Part shown: one piece after another, positions 1-8,735 of the stretch | How positions within the stretch are numbered: position 1 is the first letter of the stretch | Layout of the letters: every line of letters begins with the position of its first letter | Source: a virus | DNA: 64,000 nucleotides | Strand: one strand, 5' to 3' | Virus record (IMG/VR): IMGVR_UViG_3300020048_000015 | Span: 96,001 to 160,000 of that record | The notes under the pieces: generated by a model | Told to the model about the DNA's origin: nothing | What the model saw: only the letters and a program-made list of their open reading frames with translations | The model's database searches: none | Translations under genes and position numbers: made by a program

Positions 1-97
1 GTATATTGATCCTGATTATAAATATACATTTAAAGATGTAAGTAAAATAGTATTTTCACAAGCAAATGGCGAAAAAATAAATATAAATTTAAAATGA
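1..97 (+). CDS. 3' end of an upstream CDS (partial, ...YIDPDYKYTFKDVSKIVFSQANGEKININLK*)
   Basis: Open frame from base 2 to TGA at 95-97, overlapping the next ATG (ATGA). Confidence 0.45.
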   Translation, partial: YIDPDYKYTFKDVSKIVFSQANGEKININLK

Positions 98-672
98 AAA
101 AAATATTAATCTTATTGTTTTTTAGTTTTTTTAACTTAAACCTAAATGCACAAATAGACCCATTTAATACTATTGTAGCATATAATGATGTTGCATTCAC
201 ATCACCAAGTGAATTACCTGAATTTAAACCATATGTAGCACAATTATCTACTAAAATAGATTATTGTTTAATTGAACCTATGGATTTAAAATGTTTAATT
301 GATACAAAAAGTAAGATATATTTAATAGACACAAGAAATAAAGAAGAATATAATTATAGCCACATAATAAATTCAAAATCTGTTAGCTATGATAATTTCA
401 GTGTTGAAAAAGTATGGATGATAGATAGAAATACTACTGTTATATTATATGGAATTGATAATAAGCATAATGTCCATATATATTCATATATGAAAATGAT
501 GGGTTTTATTGATGTTAGAATATTAAATGGTGATATTATAAATTGGTTAAACAATTGCTATAATCTAATTGATAAAAATGGAAATCAAACTACTGAAATT
601 CTTTTAAATGATAAGTATAAAATAAAAACATTAAAAAGAGGAAAAGCCATACAGAAACACATATTTTTTTAA
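94..672 (+). CDS. Rhodanese-like domain protein with signal peptide, catalytic Cys absent
   Basis: Hydrophobic N-terminus ending NLNAQ; LIDTRNKEEYNYSHI, VILYG (YC position) and GFIDVRILNGDIINW motifs. Confidence 0.75.
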   Translation: MKKILILLFFSFFNLNLNAQIDPFNTIVAYNDVAFTSPSELPEFKPYVAQLSTKIDYCLIEPMDLKCLIDTKSKIYLIDTRNKEEYNYSHIINSKSVSYDNFSVEKVWMIDRNTTVILYGIDNKHNVHIYSYMKMMGFIDVRILNGDIINWLNNCYNLIDKNGNQTTEILLNDKYKIKTLKRGKAIQKHIFF

Positions 673-699
673 AAAATATTTAAATATAATTAATTAATT

Positions 700-728
700 T
701 TAAACTTTATAGTTTTTTTAGATATAAA
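700..728 (+). promoter_or_regulatory. Class A promoter TTAAAC-N17-TATAAA upstream of gp32
   Basis: Same geometry recurs at 1750, 41060, 43855, 54910, 59250, 59630 and 60882. Confidence 0.6.
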
Positions 729-777
729 TTATATCAATTCGAAAGATTTGAAATATAAAAAAAATTATAAAGCAAAA

Positions 778-1722
778 ATGGCAGATTTTAATGATTTATT
801 CAGTGGCGATTTAGGAACTAAAATGGACTTCCTTAATGACAAAAAAACAACCAATACAGATGGTATTTATCGTATTGATTTAAGTAAAGTAAAAGACAAA
901 AAGAAAGGTTATCGTTCAGTTGTTCGTTTCCTACCAAATTTAACAAAAGAAGGTAAGGTTTCACAAAGTGCGATAGAAAAAATTACACATTACGTTGATA
1001 TTAAAAACGTCAAAGAACTTTCAGGATGGTTTGATTCTCCTAAGAACTTTAATGAAAAATGTCCTTTGACAGATTTGTATTACGCAATGACCAATTCAAA
1101 AAATGCAATTCTTATGGAAAAAGCAAAATGTTTGAAATATTCCAAAAAATATTATTCATATGTTTTAATTCTTGAAGATGAGCAGCAACCAGAATTAGTT
1201 GGTAAAATAATGATTTTCCAATATGGTAAAACTATCAAGGATAAAATTTTGGCAGAAAAGAATGGTGAAATTTCAGGTGTCCCTTGTAATGTTTTTGATT
1301 TATCAGCAGGTAAAGATTTCGTTTTCTTAGTAAAAGAAATTCAAACTGGTGATGAAACTTATCCAGACTACAAAAATTCAATGTTCAAAGGTGAATTGAC
1401 ATCATTACCTATCTATATTGAAGGAAAAGGTTTTAAAAATGTTCCAACATCTAATGGTGAAATTGATTCAAAAGCTCGTCAAACAGTAATTGATTTCCTT
1501 TTAAACCGAGAAAATGAATTGGAAGATTTTGAACCTAAAAGACTAAATGATGAACAACAAGCAAAAATAAGTGAAATATCTGCATTTTTGACTGGTAAAT
1601 CATCAAGTGGCTTCCAAGCACAAAAGCCTGCTTCTAATGACTTTGAAGTTGAAGATATGGTAATATCAAGCAAAAAGGTTGAAACAGCAGATGAAGATGA
1701 TTTCTTTAGTGATTTTAGCTAA
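778..1722 (+). CDS. gp32: T4 gp32-like single-stranded DNA-binding protein
   Basis: SVVRFLP, CPL, KKYYSYVLILED, GKIMIFQYGKTIKDKI, FDLSAGKDF and acidic tail EDDFFSDFS; ATG at 778 preferred over TTG at 748. Confidence 0.85.
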   Translation: MADFNDLFSGDLGTKMDFLNDKKTTNTDGIYRIDLSKVKDKKKGYRSVVRFLPNLTKEGKVSQSAIEKITHYVDIKNVKELSGWFDSPKNFNEKCPLTDLYYAMTNSKNAILMEKAKCLKYSKKYYSYVLILEDEQQPELVGKIMIFQYGKTIKDKILAEKNGEISGVPCNVFDLSAGKDFVFLVKEIQTGDETYPDYKNSMFKGELTSLPIYIEGKGFKNVPTSNGEIDSKARQTVIDFLLNRENELEDFEPKRLNDEQQAKISEISAFLTGKSSSGFQAQKPASNDFEVEDMVISSKKVETADEDDFFSDFS

Positions 1723-1728
1723 AAAAAT

Positions 1729-1768
1729 AAAAAGACCTTTGTTTTTTAATAAAACAAAGGTCTTTTTT
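1729..1768. terminator. Bidirectional intrinsic terminator
   Basis: aaaagacctttgtttt / aaaacaaaggtctttt inverted repeat with A/T tails. Confidence 0.8.
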
Positions 1769-1799
1769 TATATATAAAAATAAAATAAATTTTAATATA

Positions 1800-2654
1800 A
1801 TGAAAGGTAAAAAATTTATAGATTTACTTACAGGAAATATGGTTGAAGTAAAAGATTCATTTGAAGATATAATAATTCTAACAGATTCATCTAAAATAAA
1901 AATCAATAGACTCTTAGATAAAAATTTCTATGATGAATATATTGACCCAACAACATTTTTTAAAAATGATAACTTATTAAATTCATTTACAGATAAAATA
2001 AGACAAATACCAAATGAAATCGTTCAAAGTATGAATGAAAGCATTGATACTAATAATTTATCTGGATCAACATCACTTAAACCAATGATGAATGAATCTG
2101 CTGTATATTTAGCTGATCCAGAAGCAGAAAAAAGAGAATTGATGGAAAAGTATGGTATAAAAGACAATGCTGTTTCAGAAGCCAATAAACAAATGGAAAA
2201 ATTCAAACATCTATTAGAAGATCCAGAAGATCCACAAAATGTTCAAAAAGTAGAAGTTATAAGAAGTGAAGAACCTATACAAAAAATAGAAGTAAATAGA
2301 GATGTAATTGAAGATGATAACCCACACTATAAACCATCTAAAAATGAACATAGACATATTGAAGATCCAATTATAACAATGTTTAGAAATGTTAAAAGAA
2401 ATAAAGAATTTAAAATAACATTGGATATTGAAAATAAAATACCAAGACCAGATTTTATTGAAATGATGGAAGATTCTTATAACACTTCAATTATTGAATT
2501 TTTAGCAGATGAATTTACAAATGAATTATTAAACAATCCAAAGTTAATAAAAGATAAAATCTTGGCTGAAATAAATAAAATAGTTTATGGGGAAATTAAA
2601 AAAGAACCAGTTAAACCAAAAACAACCAGAAAAAAAGCAACAATTAAAGAATGA
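1800..2654 (+). CDS. Hypothetical protein
   Basis: 284-aa ORF with class A promoter at 1750-1778; no family recognised. Confidence 0.75.
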   Translation: MKGKKFIDLLTGNMVEVKDSFEDIIILTDSSKIKINRLLDKNFYDEYIDPTTFFKNDNLLNSFTDKIRQIPNEIVQSMNESIDTNNLSGSTSLKPMMNESAVYLADPEAEKRELMEKYGIKDNAVSEANKQMEKFKHLLEDPEDPQNVQKVEVIRSEEPIQKIEVNRDVIEDDNPHYKPSKNEHRHIEDPIITMFRNVKRNKEFKITLDIENKIPRPDFIEMMEDSYNTSIIEFLADEFTNELLNNPKLIKDKILAEINKIVYGEIKKEPVKPKTTRKKATIKE

Positions 2655-3040
2655 TAGATATACAATTATTAGAAAGTGCTAAAATTATTAGAAAGGACTT
2701 TTTAAGTCTTAATAATTCACTAAATAAATATCAAGATGATGTTAGAAAACTAGCAGAATTTTTATTTAAAAAGGTTGATGAAATAAAAGAATATAATGAA
2801 ACTATTAAGAATATTAAAACAAAAAATGATATAAATACAGTTTCAAAGCATATATTAACTGAAATTGAATCTATTGAATTAGAAGAAAAAAAACTTAGAA
2901 ATAAAGTAAATAAAATAAATGAAGAATTAGAAAAACTTCAAAAGGATGAAGAAGTACTTTATAAAACAATAAAAGATAGATATCCTAAATTAAATGATGA
3001 TGATATAATAAAAGAAATACATCAACATCTTGTGCGATAA
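2651..3040 (+). CDS. Hypothetical coiled-coil protein
   Basis: ATGA overlap with the previous gene; heptad-like K/E-rich sequence. Confidence 0.7.
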   Translation: MIDIQLLESAKIIRKDFLSLNNSLNKYQDDVRKLAEFLFKKVDEIKEYNETIKNIKTKNDINTVSKHILTEIESIELEEKKLRNKVNKINEELEKLQKDEEVLYKTIKDRYPKLNDDDIIKEIHQHLVR

Positions 3041-3082
3041 AATATTAAAAATCTTCTTAACTTTAAGAAGATTTTTAATATT
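3041..3082. terminator. Intrinsic terminator
   Basis: 18-bp arms aatattaaaaatcttctt / aagaagatttttaatatt. Confidence 0.8.
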
Positions 3083-3088
3083 TTAATT

Positions 3089-3097
3089 TAATATATA
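3089..3097 (+). promoter_or_regulatory. Class B (putative late) promoter TAATATATA
   Basis: Recurs close upstream of about 16 virion-type or leader-bearing genes; analogous to the T4 late promoter TATAAATA. Confidence 0.6.
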
Positions 3098-3101
3098 GAA
3101 T

Positions 3102-3350
3102 ATGAAATACTTAAAATTATTTGAAAACTTTAATCAATTTGAAATTGATGATATTCATAAAGAATACGAAGATTATATTATACTTGAAAAAAATATTCCA
3201 ACTAATTCAGAATTATGGAGTGCTTGTAAATCTTGGGCTAAATCTAAATACGATGTTTGGCCTTCCGCTTATGCATGTGGCGCAGCAGCAAAAAGATATA
3301 AAAGCAAAGGTGGAAAATGGAAAAAGAAAAAGAAAAAAAAATCTAAATAA
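3102..3350 (+). CDS. Small basic protein with MKYLKLFENF leader (DUF5872-like YDVWPSAYA motif)
   Basis: Leader; KNIPTNSELW...AKSKYDVWPSAYA...YKSKGGKW; poly-Lys tail. Confidence 0.7.
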   Translation: MKYLKLFENFNQFEIDDIHKEYEDYIILEKNIPTNSELWSACKSWAKSKYDVWPSAYACGAAAKRYKSKGGKWKKKKKKKSK

Positions 3351-3352
3351 TT

Positions 3353-3640
3353 ATGGAACATATACTTTTTTTTGAAGAATTTATAGCAGAATCTAATAAA
3401 GGCGGTTTAGATAAATGGTTTAAAGAAAAATGGGTTGATATATCCAAAACTAATCCAGATGGTTCACACCCACCATGTGGGAGAAGTGATGCAAGCAAAG
3501 GTGGATACCCAAAATGTAGAAAAGTAAAAGTAGCAAGTAAAATGTCAGAAAAAGAAAAAAAGGCTTCAGTTCAAAGAAAAAGAAAAGCTGAAAAGGAAGG
3601 ATCAAAAGGCACTGATAGAAGTCCAAATTATTCAAAATAA
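3353..3640 (+). CDS. Small basic protein with MEHILFFEEFIAES leader (GGLDKWFKEKWVDI family)
   Basis: Leader closely resembles the T4 CTS MKTYQEFIAE; GLDKWFKEKWVDI, PPCGR and YPKCR motifs. Confidence 0.7.
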   Translation: MEHILFFEEFIAESNKGGLDKWFKEKWVDISKTNPDGSHPPCGRSDASKGGYPKCRKVKVASKMSEKEKKASVQRKRKAEKEGSKGTDRSPNYSK

Positions 3641-3678
3641 AATTAAAAAAGACCAATTTATATTGGTCTTTTTTAATT
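3641..3678. terminator. Intrinsic terminator
   Basis: aattaaaaaagaccaat / attggtcttttttaatt. Confidence 0.8.
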
Positions 3679-3734
3679 ATAAATAGAAGAGTTTTAATTT
3701 TTAATATATAATACAAAATGTATAGACTATTTAA

Positions 3735-5918
3735 ATGAAAGTATCAAAATTCATAAAACCACACAAAGATATACTATTAGAATATATTTATGATGATGGC
3801 AATAACATAAGCGATTCCTATAAAATATTACAAAACCTTAGAGATAACACTTTTTCTTATGTTGCAGGTGATTCAAGTTCCACTGGAAACACTTTAACTA
3901 ATCAACTTTTTTTATTAGGTGGTGTTAGTAATAACTATGGATTAGTAAACACTACAAACTATTCATTTTTACAACTAAAAGACTATTCTTCTGGCTTCCC
4001 AGTAAGACATGATACTATAAAAGTATATCTACCTATAAATTGGACATTTGGTGAATATTTAGGATTCTATATTAAAGTTTATACATATGACTATAATAAT
4101 AAATATACCTATGCTTTATCTACATTCTTCTTTGATTCAACAAATTTAAATCAAAGTTATTTATTAAACTATAACACACCTGCTTTATTATTCCAAGAAA
4201 AACTATGGGGTAAGAATATTACAATCAATGTACCATCAGTTTATTCAGTTGCTAAACAAAGACAAAATGATGCACCTAAACTAAATTCACTTAATTACAA
4301 TTTGACAAATGGATTGGGTTTAAGTTTAACATCACCAATATTTATAGATTTTCATTTTATAACACAAAGAAAAACTATAAATAATATAACAACATATTTC
4401 CTAACTGCTAAGACACCAATAAGTCTTCCACAAACACCAGATTTTGAAAATATAGGAACACAAATTATTCATTCTACAAATGGTGATTATTTTGAAATAT
4501 ATGGTGTTTTTAATGGTGATATAAATCAATTTGATAATTTTATAAATGATTCAATACAATTAGGAAAAAGATATTATGTAACTTATAATATAACACTATA
4601 TGAACAAAATATAAGAGGTAAATCATTTATTATAACTGTAACAGAAAACTTTAATGAAAAAATAGATTATAGACCTATTATAAAATACTCAACAACAACT
4701 GCAATAATAGATGTTGAAATGTATATAATTGATGCTGTTGATAACACTTCTATTTATAGAAGAGCTTCTTATGGTATGTTACAAGATGAAGTCGCTAAAT
4801 ATAGTTTAAATCTTACTAAGATAAATCTAGCTAATGCAAGTAAACCAAAAATCTATAATATAAAATCACCAGAAGGCGCTGGTATATTTGGAAATTCAGG
4901 TAATACTGCTATGGGAAAATCACAAATAATATTAGAACCAATTAAAATAAATTATACAGTTTTATCTGATAGATTTAATGTTGTAGCAAAAAGCGAAAAT
5001 GTAACAATCGGTAGCCAAAAATTCTATGGTATTGGTAAATTACAATTGTTATTACAACCATTTGATAATATAATACAATTGAAAATAGCACAAGACTTTG
5101 CTAATTCAGATAACACAACGACCCCAACATACTTGGATATGTCTAATATGGGCGAAATAAAATTAGTTATAAAAAACCAACAACTTATGTTTGAAACAGG
5201 TCTTTACTTAGCTTCAAACCAAGTTGAATTAACAATTGGTATGACAGTATTCAAAATACCAGCAAGTAGAATGAATGATATTAGAAAAATATATGATTCT
5301 GGTCTAAATGTTTTCTATGTTACTGCTAAAACTGATACAGGAACAGTTGTTGTTTATTCAGGATTATATATTATTTATGACTCCAAAGATAATGTTAATA
5401 ATTTAAGAAATATTGTTCAAGCTTCCAATGTAAACAATAATACGCAACCATCAGTAATAATTGATCCATCTACACAAAAAGGAACAGCTATTGTAACAAG
5501 AAGTGTTGGAGAATTTACACCACCAACACCAACAATAAAAAAATTGAAATTAACTTCCTTCAAAAGTATGCCATCATCAACAATAATAAGTAAAGTAACT
5601 TATACTATCGGAACCGATTCTTCTTTAAGTATAGATGGTTATAAATATACTTCTAATGACATTAAAATAGTTTTAGGATTACCATCATCACCAACTAACT
5701 TATCTTTCAATACAGACGCTTTGTACTCAAATGGTAAGTATTTGGATAAATTAGTTGATATAAACAAAAAGTTATATTCTAAACTTATTACTACTAATGA
5801 CAAAAAAGAAATTTCTAATTTAACACAACAAAATTTTAAGGCAACAGCAGAAGAACAAGCTAAATCTAGTGGTAAATTAGGAATTATAGACAAAATTACT
5901 GGTAAATTAAGACCCTAA
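3735..5918 (+). CDS. Large beta-rich protein, probable virion structural protein
   Basis: 727 aa, N/T/S/Y-rich; TAATATATA at 3702-3710; upstream of a tail-tube-fold gene. Confidence 0.55.
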   Translation: MKVSKFIKPHKDILLEYIYDDGNNISDSYKILQNLRDNTFSYVAGDSSSTGNTLTNQLFLLGGVSNNYGLVNTTNYSFLQLKDYSSGFPVRHDTIKVYLPINWTFGEYLGFYIKVYTYDYNNKYTYALSTFFFDSTNLNQSYLLNYNTPALLFQEKLWGKNITINVPSVYSVAKQRQNDAPKLNSLNYNLTNGLGLSLTSPIFIDFHFITQRKTINNITTYFLTAKTPISLPQTPDFENIGTQIIHSTNGDYFEIYGVFNGDINQFDNFINDSIQLGKRYYVTYNITLYEQNIRGKSFIITVTENFNEKIDYRPIIKYSTTTAIIDVEMYIIDAVDNTSIYRRASYGMLQDEVAKYSLNLTKINLANASKPKIYNIKSPEGAGIFGNSGNTAMGKSQIILEPIKINYTVLSDRFNVVAKSENVTIGSQKFYGIGKLQLLLQPFDNIIQLKIAQDFANSDNTTTPTYLDMSNMGEIKLVIKNQQLMFETGLYLASNQVELTIGMTVFKIPASRMNDIRKIYDSGLNVFYVTAKTDTGTVVVYSGLYIIYDSKDNVNNLRNIVQASNVNNNTQPSVIIDPSTQKGTAIVTRSVGEFTPPTPTIKKLKLTSFKSMPSSTIISKVTYTIGTDSSLSIDGYKYTSNDIKIVLGLPSSPTNLSFNTDALYSNGKYLDKLVDINKKLYSKLITTNDKKEISNLTQQNFKATAEEQAKSSGKLGIIDKITGKLRP

Positions 5919-5990
5919 ATCAAATAAAAATTAGAAAAGCAATTAAATAACTACAGAAATAAAACTGTAGGATAAAAATAAAATAAAGAA

Positions 5991-6590
5991 ATGCGTTTAT
6001 CAAGCCAGTCAAGTTCGTTTATATTTTCATTACCCAGTGATTTTTTACCACAAGAAATAATCAATACATATAAACCAATTTTAGAAAAAAATTGGATTCA
6101 ATACGAAAATGTAATTGATTACTTAAATTCTACGATAAAATCGGTTAACTTCCCTGGATTAAGTGTTGCTACACCAGAACAAAGATTAATAAGAGGTAAA
6201 GTAAGAGCTTATAAACCTGCTACAAATGTTCAGGATATATTAACAAGCCATGAAATATCTGTAACTTTTAGATCAGTTGATTCTGATTTAAATTATTGGC
6301 TGACTTATGATATATTCAGCAAACATTATTTAGATGTTATAAATCTATATATAAACCCATTCACCATAACATCAATTGATATATGGCGAGATGCTATTTA
6401 TACTATAAAATTTATGGAAATAATTGCTGTTGGTTTAAGTGAAAATACATTTGATTATTCCCAACAAAAGACAAATTCAAAAGAATTTAATATAACATTT
6501 AAATTTAATTTTACTGATATTGAATTCTTATTAAATAAATCAAAAGTTCTTGAACTTGGAACTGTACCAACAATAATTCAAAAAATATAA
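5991..6590 (+). CDS. T4 gp3/gp19-like tail tube-fold protein (tail completion)
   Basis: SVNFPGLSV, ISVTFRSVDSDLNY, IKFMEIIAVGLSENTFDYS and FNITFKF match the gp3-family pattern. Confidence 0.55.
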   Translation: MRLSSQSSSFIFSLPSDFLPQEIINTYKPILEKNWIQYENVIDYLNSTIKSVNFPGLSVATPEQRLIRGKVRAYKPATNVQDILTSHEISVTFRSVDSDLNYWLTYDIFSKHYLDVINLYINPFTITSIDIWRDAIYTIKFMEIIAVGLSENTFDYSQQKTNSKEFNITFKFNFTDIEFLLNKSKVLELGTVPTIIQKI

Positions 6591-6596
6591 TTAATG

Positions 6597-6977
6597 ATGA
6601 AATACATAAAACTATTTGAAAATTTTTATGATGATACTTCTTGGACTAAAGAAATAGATGGAAAAGAAGAAACCATAACCATACACGATATACAAGAATA
6701 TCTTAAAAATGATGATGTTGTTAATATAAAAGTTGATGATATTAAACATATGTGCATCCACAAAAATAAAAAGGATAAAAAAACAATTGAACGTTCACAA
6801 AAAGCAGACTTAAATTATCCAATAATAATATCAAAAGGAACAGATGGTAAATTTAAAATGATTTTAGATGGACATCATAGATTAAAAAAGGCTATTGATG
6901 ATAGTGTAGAATTTATAAAAGCAAAAATTATAGATCTAAGAAATACACCAGATATTTACAAAAATATGTTTGAATAA
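6597..6977 (+). CDS. ParB/Srx-like domain protein with MKYIKLFENF leader
   Basis: DLNYPIII and MILDGHHRLKKA motifs. Confidence 0.7.
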   Translation: MKYIKLFENFYDDTSWTKEIDGKEETITIHDIQEYLKNDDVVNIKVDDIKHMCIHKNKKDKKTIERSQKADLNYPIIISKGTDGKFKMILDGHHRLKKAIDDSVEFIKAKIIDLRNTPDIYKNMFE

Positions 6978-7012
6978 ATTAATATATAGAATATAAAAAA
7001 AAAAAATGAATT

Positions 7013-7369
7013 ATGAAACACATTAAATTATTTGAAAATTTTGATGAAAAAGATGGTAAAAATTGGAAAACTGCATTTGATGCATATCAAGGTATGTATC
7101 TTAATATTACAGACGAAATTAAACAAAAAATTAAAAAAGAACTTGGATTAGATGATGATAATATCAAGTTTGGATATAACGAAATGCAAGAAGATAGAAG
7201 TATGTGGTTTGCTTCTATTCTAATTAATTTAGATGCATTATCTGATGATAAGAAATCAAATTTTAAAGATATAGTTAGAAATATCACCAACCCAAAAATT
7301 CCAAATAATGCACCCATAACAAAAAAATCCGGAATTATAAATAAAATTAAAGGTTTTTTTAGCAAATAG
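7013..7369 (+). CDS. Hypothetical protein with MKHIKLFENF leader
   Basis: Leader plus TAATATATA at 6980-6988. Confidence 0.7.
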   Translation: MKHIKLFENFDEKDGKNWKTAFDAYQGMYLNITDEIKQKIKKELGLDDDNIKFGYNEMQEDRSMWFASILINLDALSDDKKSNFKDIVRNITNPKIPNNAPITKKSGIINKIKGFFSK

Positions 7370-7370
7370 T

Positions 7371-7420
7371 AATAAAAAAAAATGTTGATAATATTTAAAT
7401 ATTATCAACATTTTTTTATT
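7371..7420. terminator. Bidirectional terminator between convergent genes
   Basis: aaaaaatgttgataat / attatcaacatttttt inverted repeat. Confidence 0.8.
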
Positions 7421-7592
7421 GTTCACCAAATAATTGTTCTTCTAACCAATCAAACCATTCTACTTCCAACATATCCCAATCAACATTATCTGTTAGTAAC
7501 TTTTTTGCTTCTCGTTGTCTATCAGTTATTAGTTTAGCCATTTCCCATAGTTTTTGATTTGATAATGGAATTGATATTCTTTCTTTAGACAT
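7416..7592 (-). CDS. 58-aa hypothetical protein (not in ORF track), acidic Trp-rich C-terminus
   Basis: Translated by hand: MSKERISIPLSNQKLWEMAKLITDRQREAKKLLTDNVDWDMLEVEWFDWLEEQLFGEQ*; start overlaps the upstream stop. Confidence 0.65.
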   Translation of the reverse strand: MSKERISIPLSNQKLWEMAKLITDRQREAKKLLTDNVDWDMLEVEWFDWLEEQLFGEQ

Positions 7593-7722
7593 TTTTTATA
7601 TTTTTTATCTTATCTAAGATATTTTTTACCCTAGTTCTTTTATCTTTATACCCAAATGATTTCAATATTTCTAAATTAATTTGTTTTGCTAATTCATCTG
7701 CTAACATCTTTACTACATCCAT
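7585..7722 (-). CDS. 45-aa protein resembling the gp23 spine-helix segment (not in ORF track)
   Basis: MDVVKMLADELAKQINLEILKSFGYKDKRTRVKNILDKIKNIKNV*; compare gp23 ELSGILATEIMLEINREV (recalled from memory). Confidence 0.55.
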   Translation of the reverse strand: MDVVKMLADELAKQINLEILKSFGYKDKRTRVKNILDKIKNIKNV

Positions 7723-7724
7723 AA

Positions 7725-8417
7725 TTATCTTATAATTTTAAAACAACAATATTTATTTTCCCAACCACCAACTTGTTCAAATGCATATTTATTATTTATC
7801 TTATCTATTAAAAGTGTTAATCCCGTTTCATTTTCTTTACCCGAATTACCAACAATAATTTTATCAGAATCAATAGTATCATCAAATATTACTTTAATCC
7901 CATAATTATTATTAGTATCTACATATTCTTGACAATCTCTACCAACTAAAACAAAATTAGCAGATCCTATTCTACTTTTAACAGCTATCATATTAGAAGC
8001 CATCATTATTTTTGACATAAATCTTCTAACATTATATTCATAATTTTCCGCTCTAGTTTTGTTTTCATCAAATTCAATAGTATAATTTAAACTTGATTCA
8101 ATCTGTATATTAGTATTCAAGAAATTAAAAACTTCATAGTATATTTGATCATATTGTGCAATGTCTTTAATAGTTAAAGACTTTGAATTTATAACCATTT
8201 CAATTGTTCCAAAATCGTCTTCTTTAATTTCTACATAACCAGATTTATATTCATCTATTTCATCATCAACTATTGCACCAATCGCCAAATCCCTATTTTT
8301 TTGTTTAATTTTGGAAATATCTTTTATTTGTGGTTCTAAATAATATATTGTGTTTGTATTTAATAAATCACATTCTTTATAAAAACACACTTCTTTTAAT
8401 TTTTCATTATTGTTCAT
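7725..8417 (-). CDS. Reduced gp23/gp24-like major-capsid-fold paralog
   Basis: FMSKIMMASNMIAVKSRIGSANFVLV...IKVIFDD...KIIVGNSGKENETGL parallels gp23 LLFQIDKEAVEIARQTGRGEGNFII...YRVYIDQY...FTVGYKGPNEMDAGI. Confidence 0.6.
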   Translation of the reverse strand: MNNNEKLKEVCFYKECDLLNTNTIYYLEPQIKDISKIKQKNRDLAIGAIVDDEIDEYKSGYVEIKEDDFGTIEMVINSKSLTIKDIAQYDQIYYEVFNFLNTNIQIESSLNYTIEFDENKTRAENYEYNVRRFMSKIMMASNMIAVKSRIGSANFVLVGRDCQEYVDTNNNYGIKVIFDDTIDSDKIIVGNSGKENETGLTLLIDKINNKYAFEQVGGWENKYCCFKIIR

Positions 8418-8574
8418 TTATCTTTCTTAAAATATTTTTTATAATTTTAATCCTTTTATAAAGATACAAATTATCACTACCAACTAAAATATAATTGGAA
8501 CTTCCTTTCCTACTTTTATTTGCTAAACTATTAGCCGCAGATAATAGTTTAGTTATTAAATCTCGTTGATACAT
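8407..8574 (-). CDS. 55-aa gp23-fragment-like protein (not in ORF track)
   Basis: [55 protein letters not shown]; same motif as in the adjacent 230-aa paralog. Confidence 0.65.
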   Translation of the reverse strand: MYQRDLITKLLSAANSLANKSRKGSSNYILVGSDNLYLYKRIKIIKNILRKINEQ

Positions 8575-8735
8575 CTATCTAAAATTTCTTTAATAAAAAT
8601 TTTTCTTTTTTCTTTTGTATATTCCCTTATCACATCATCAAAACTACCGTGCATCATACTAAGATCAGAAATCATTTCACTTTTCCAAGAAGTTTTCAAT
8701 TGTCTTGTTGACACATTTACTATTTTACATTCCAT
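8556..8735 (-). CDS. 59-aa gp23-fragment-like protein (not in ORF track)
   Basis: [59 protein letters not shown]; compare gp23 KQVIEAKSRQLKAAYSIELAQDLRAVHG. Confidence 0.7.
   Translation of the reverse strand: MECKIVNVSTRQLKTSWKSEMISDLSMMHGSFDDVIREYTKEKRKIFIKEILDRCINEI

Noticed and set aside
7585-8735. Reading the gp23-like pieces as the real major capsid gene broken by sequencing frameshifts
   Set aside because: The pieces are out of gp23 order, one motif occurs twice, each has its own start and non-gp23 tail, and the total is too short. Not fully excluded without read data
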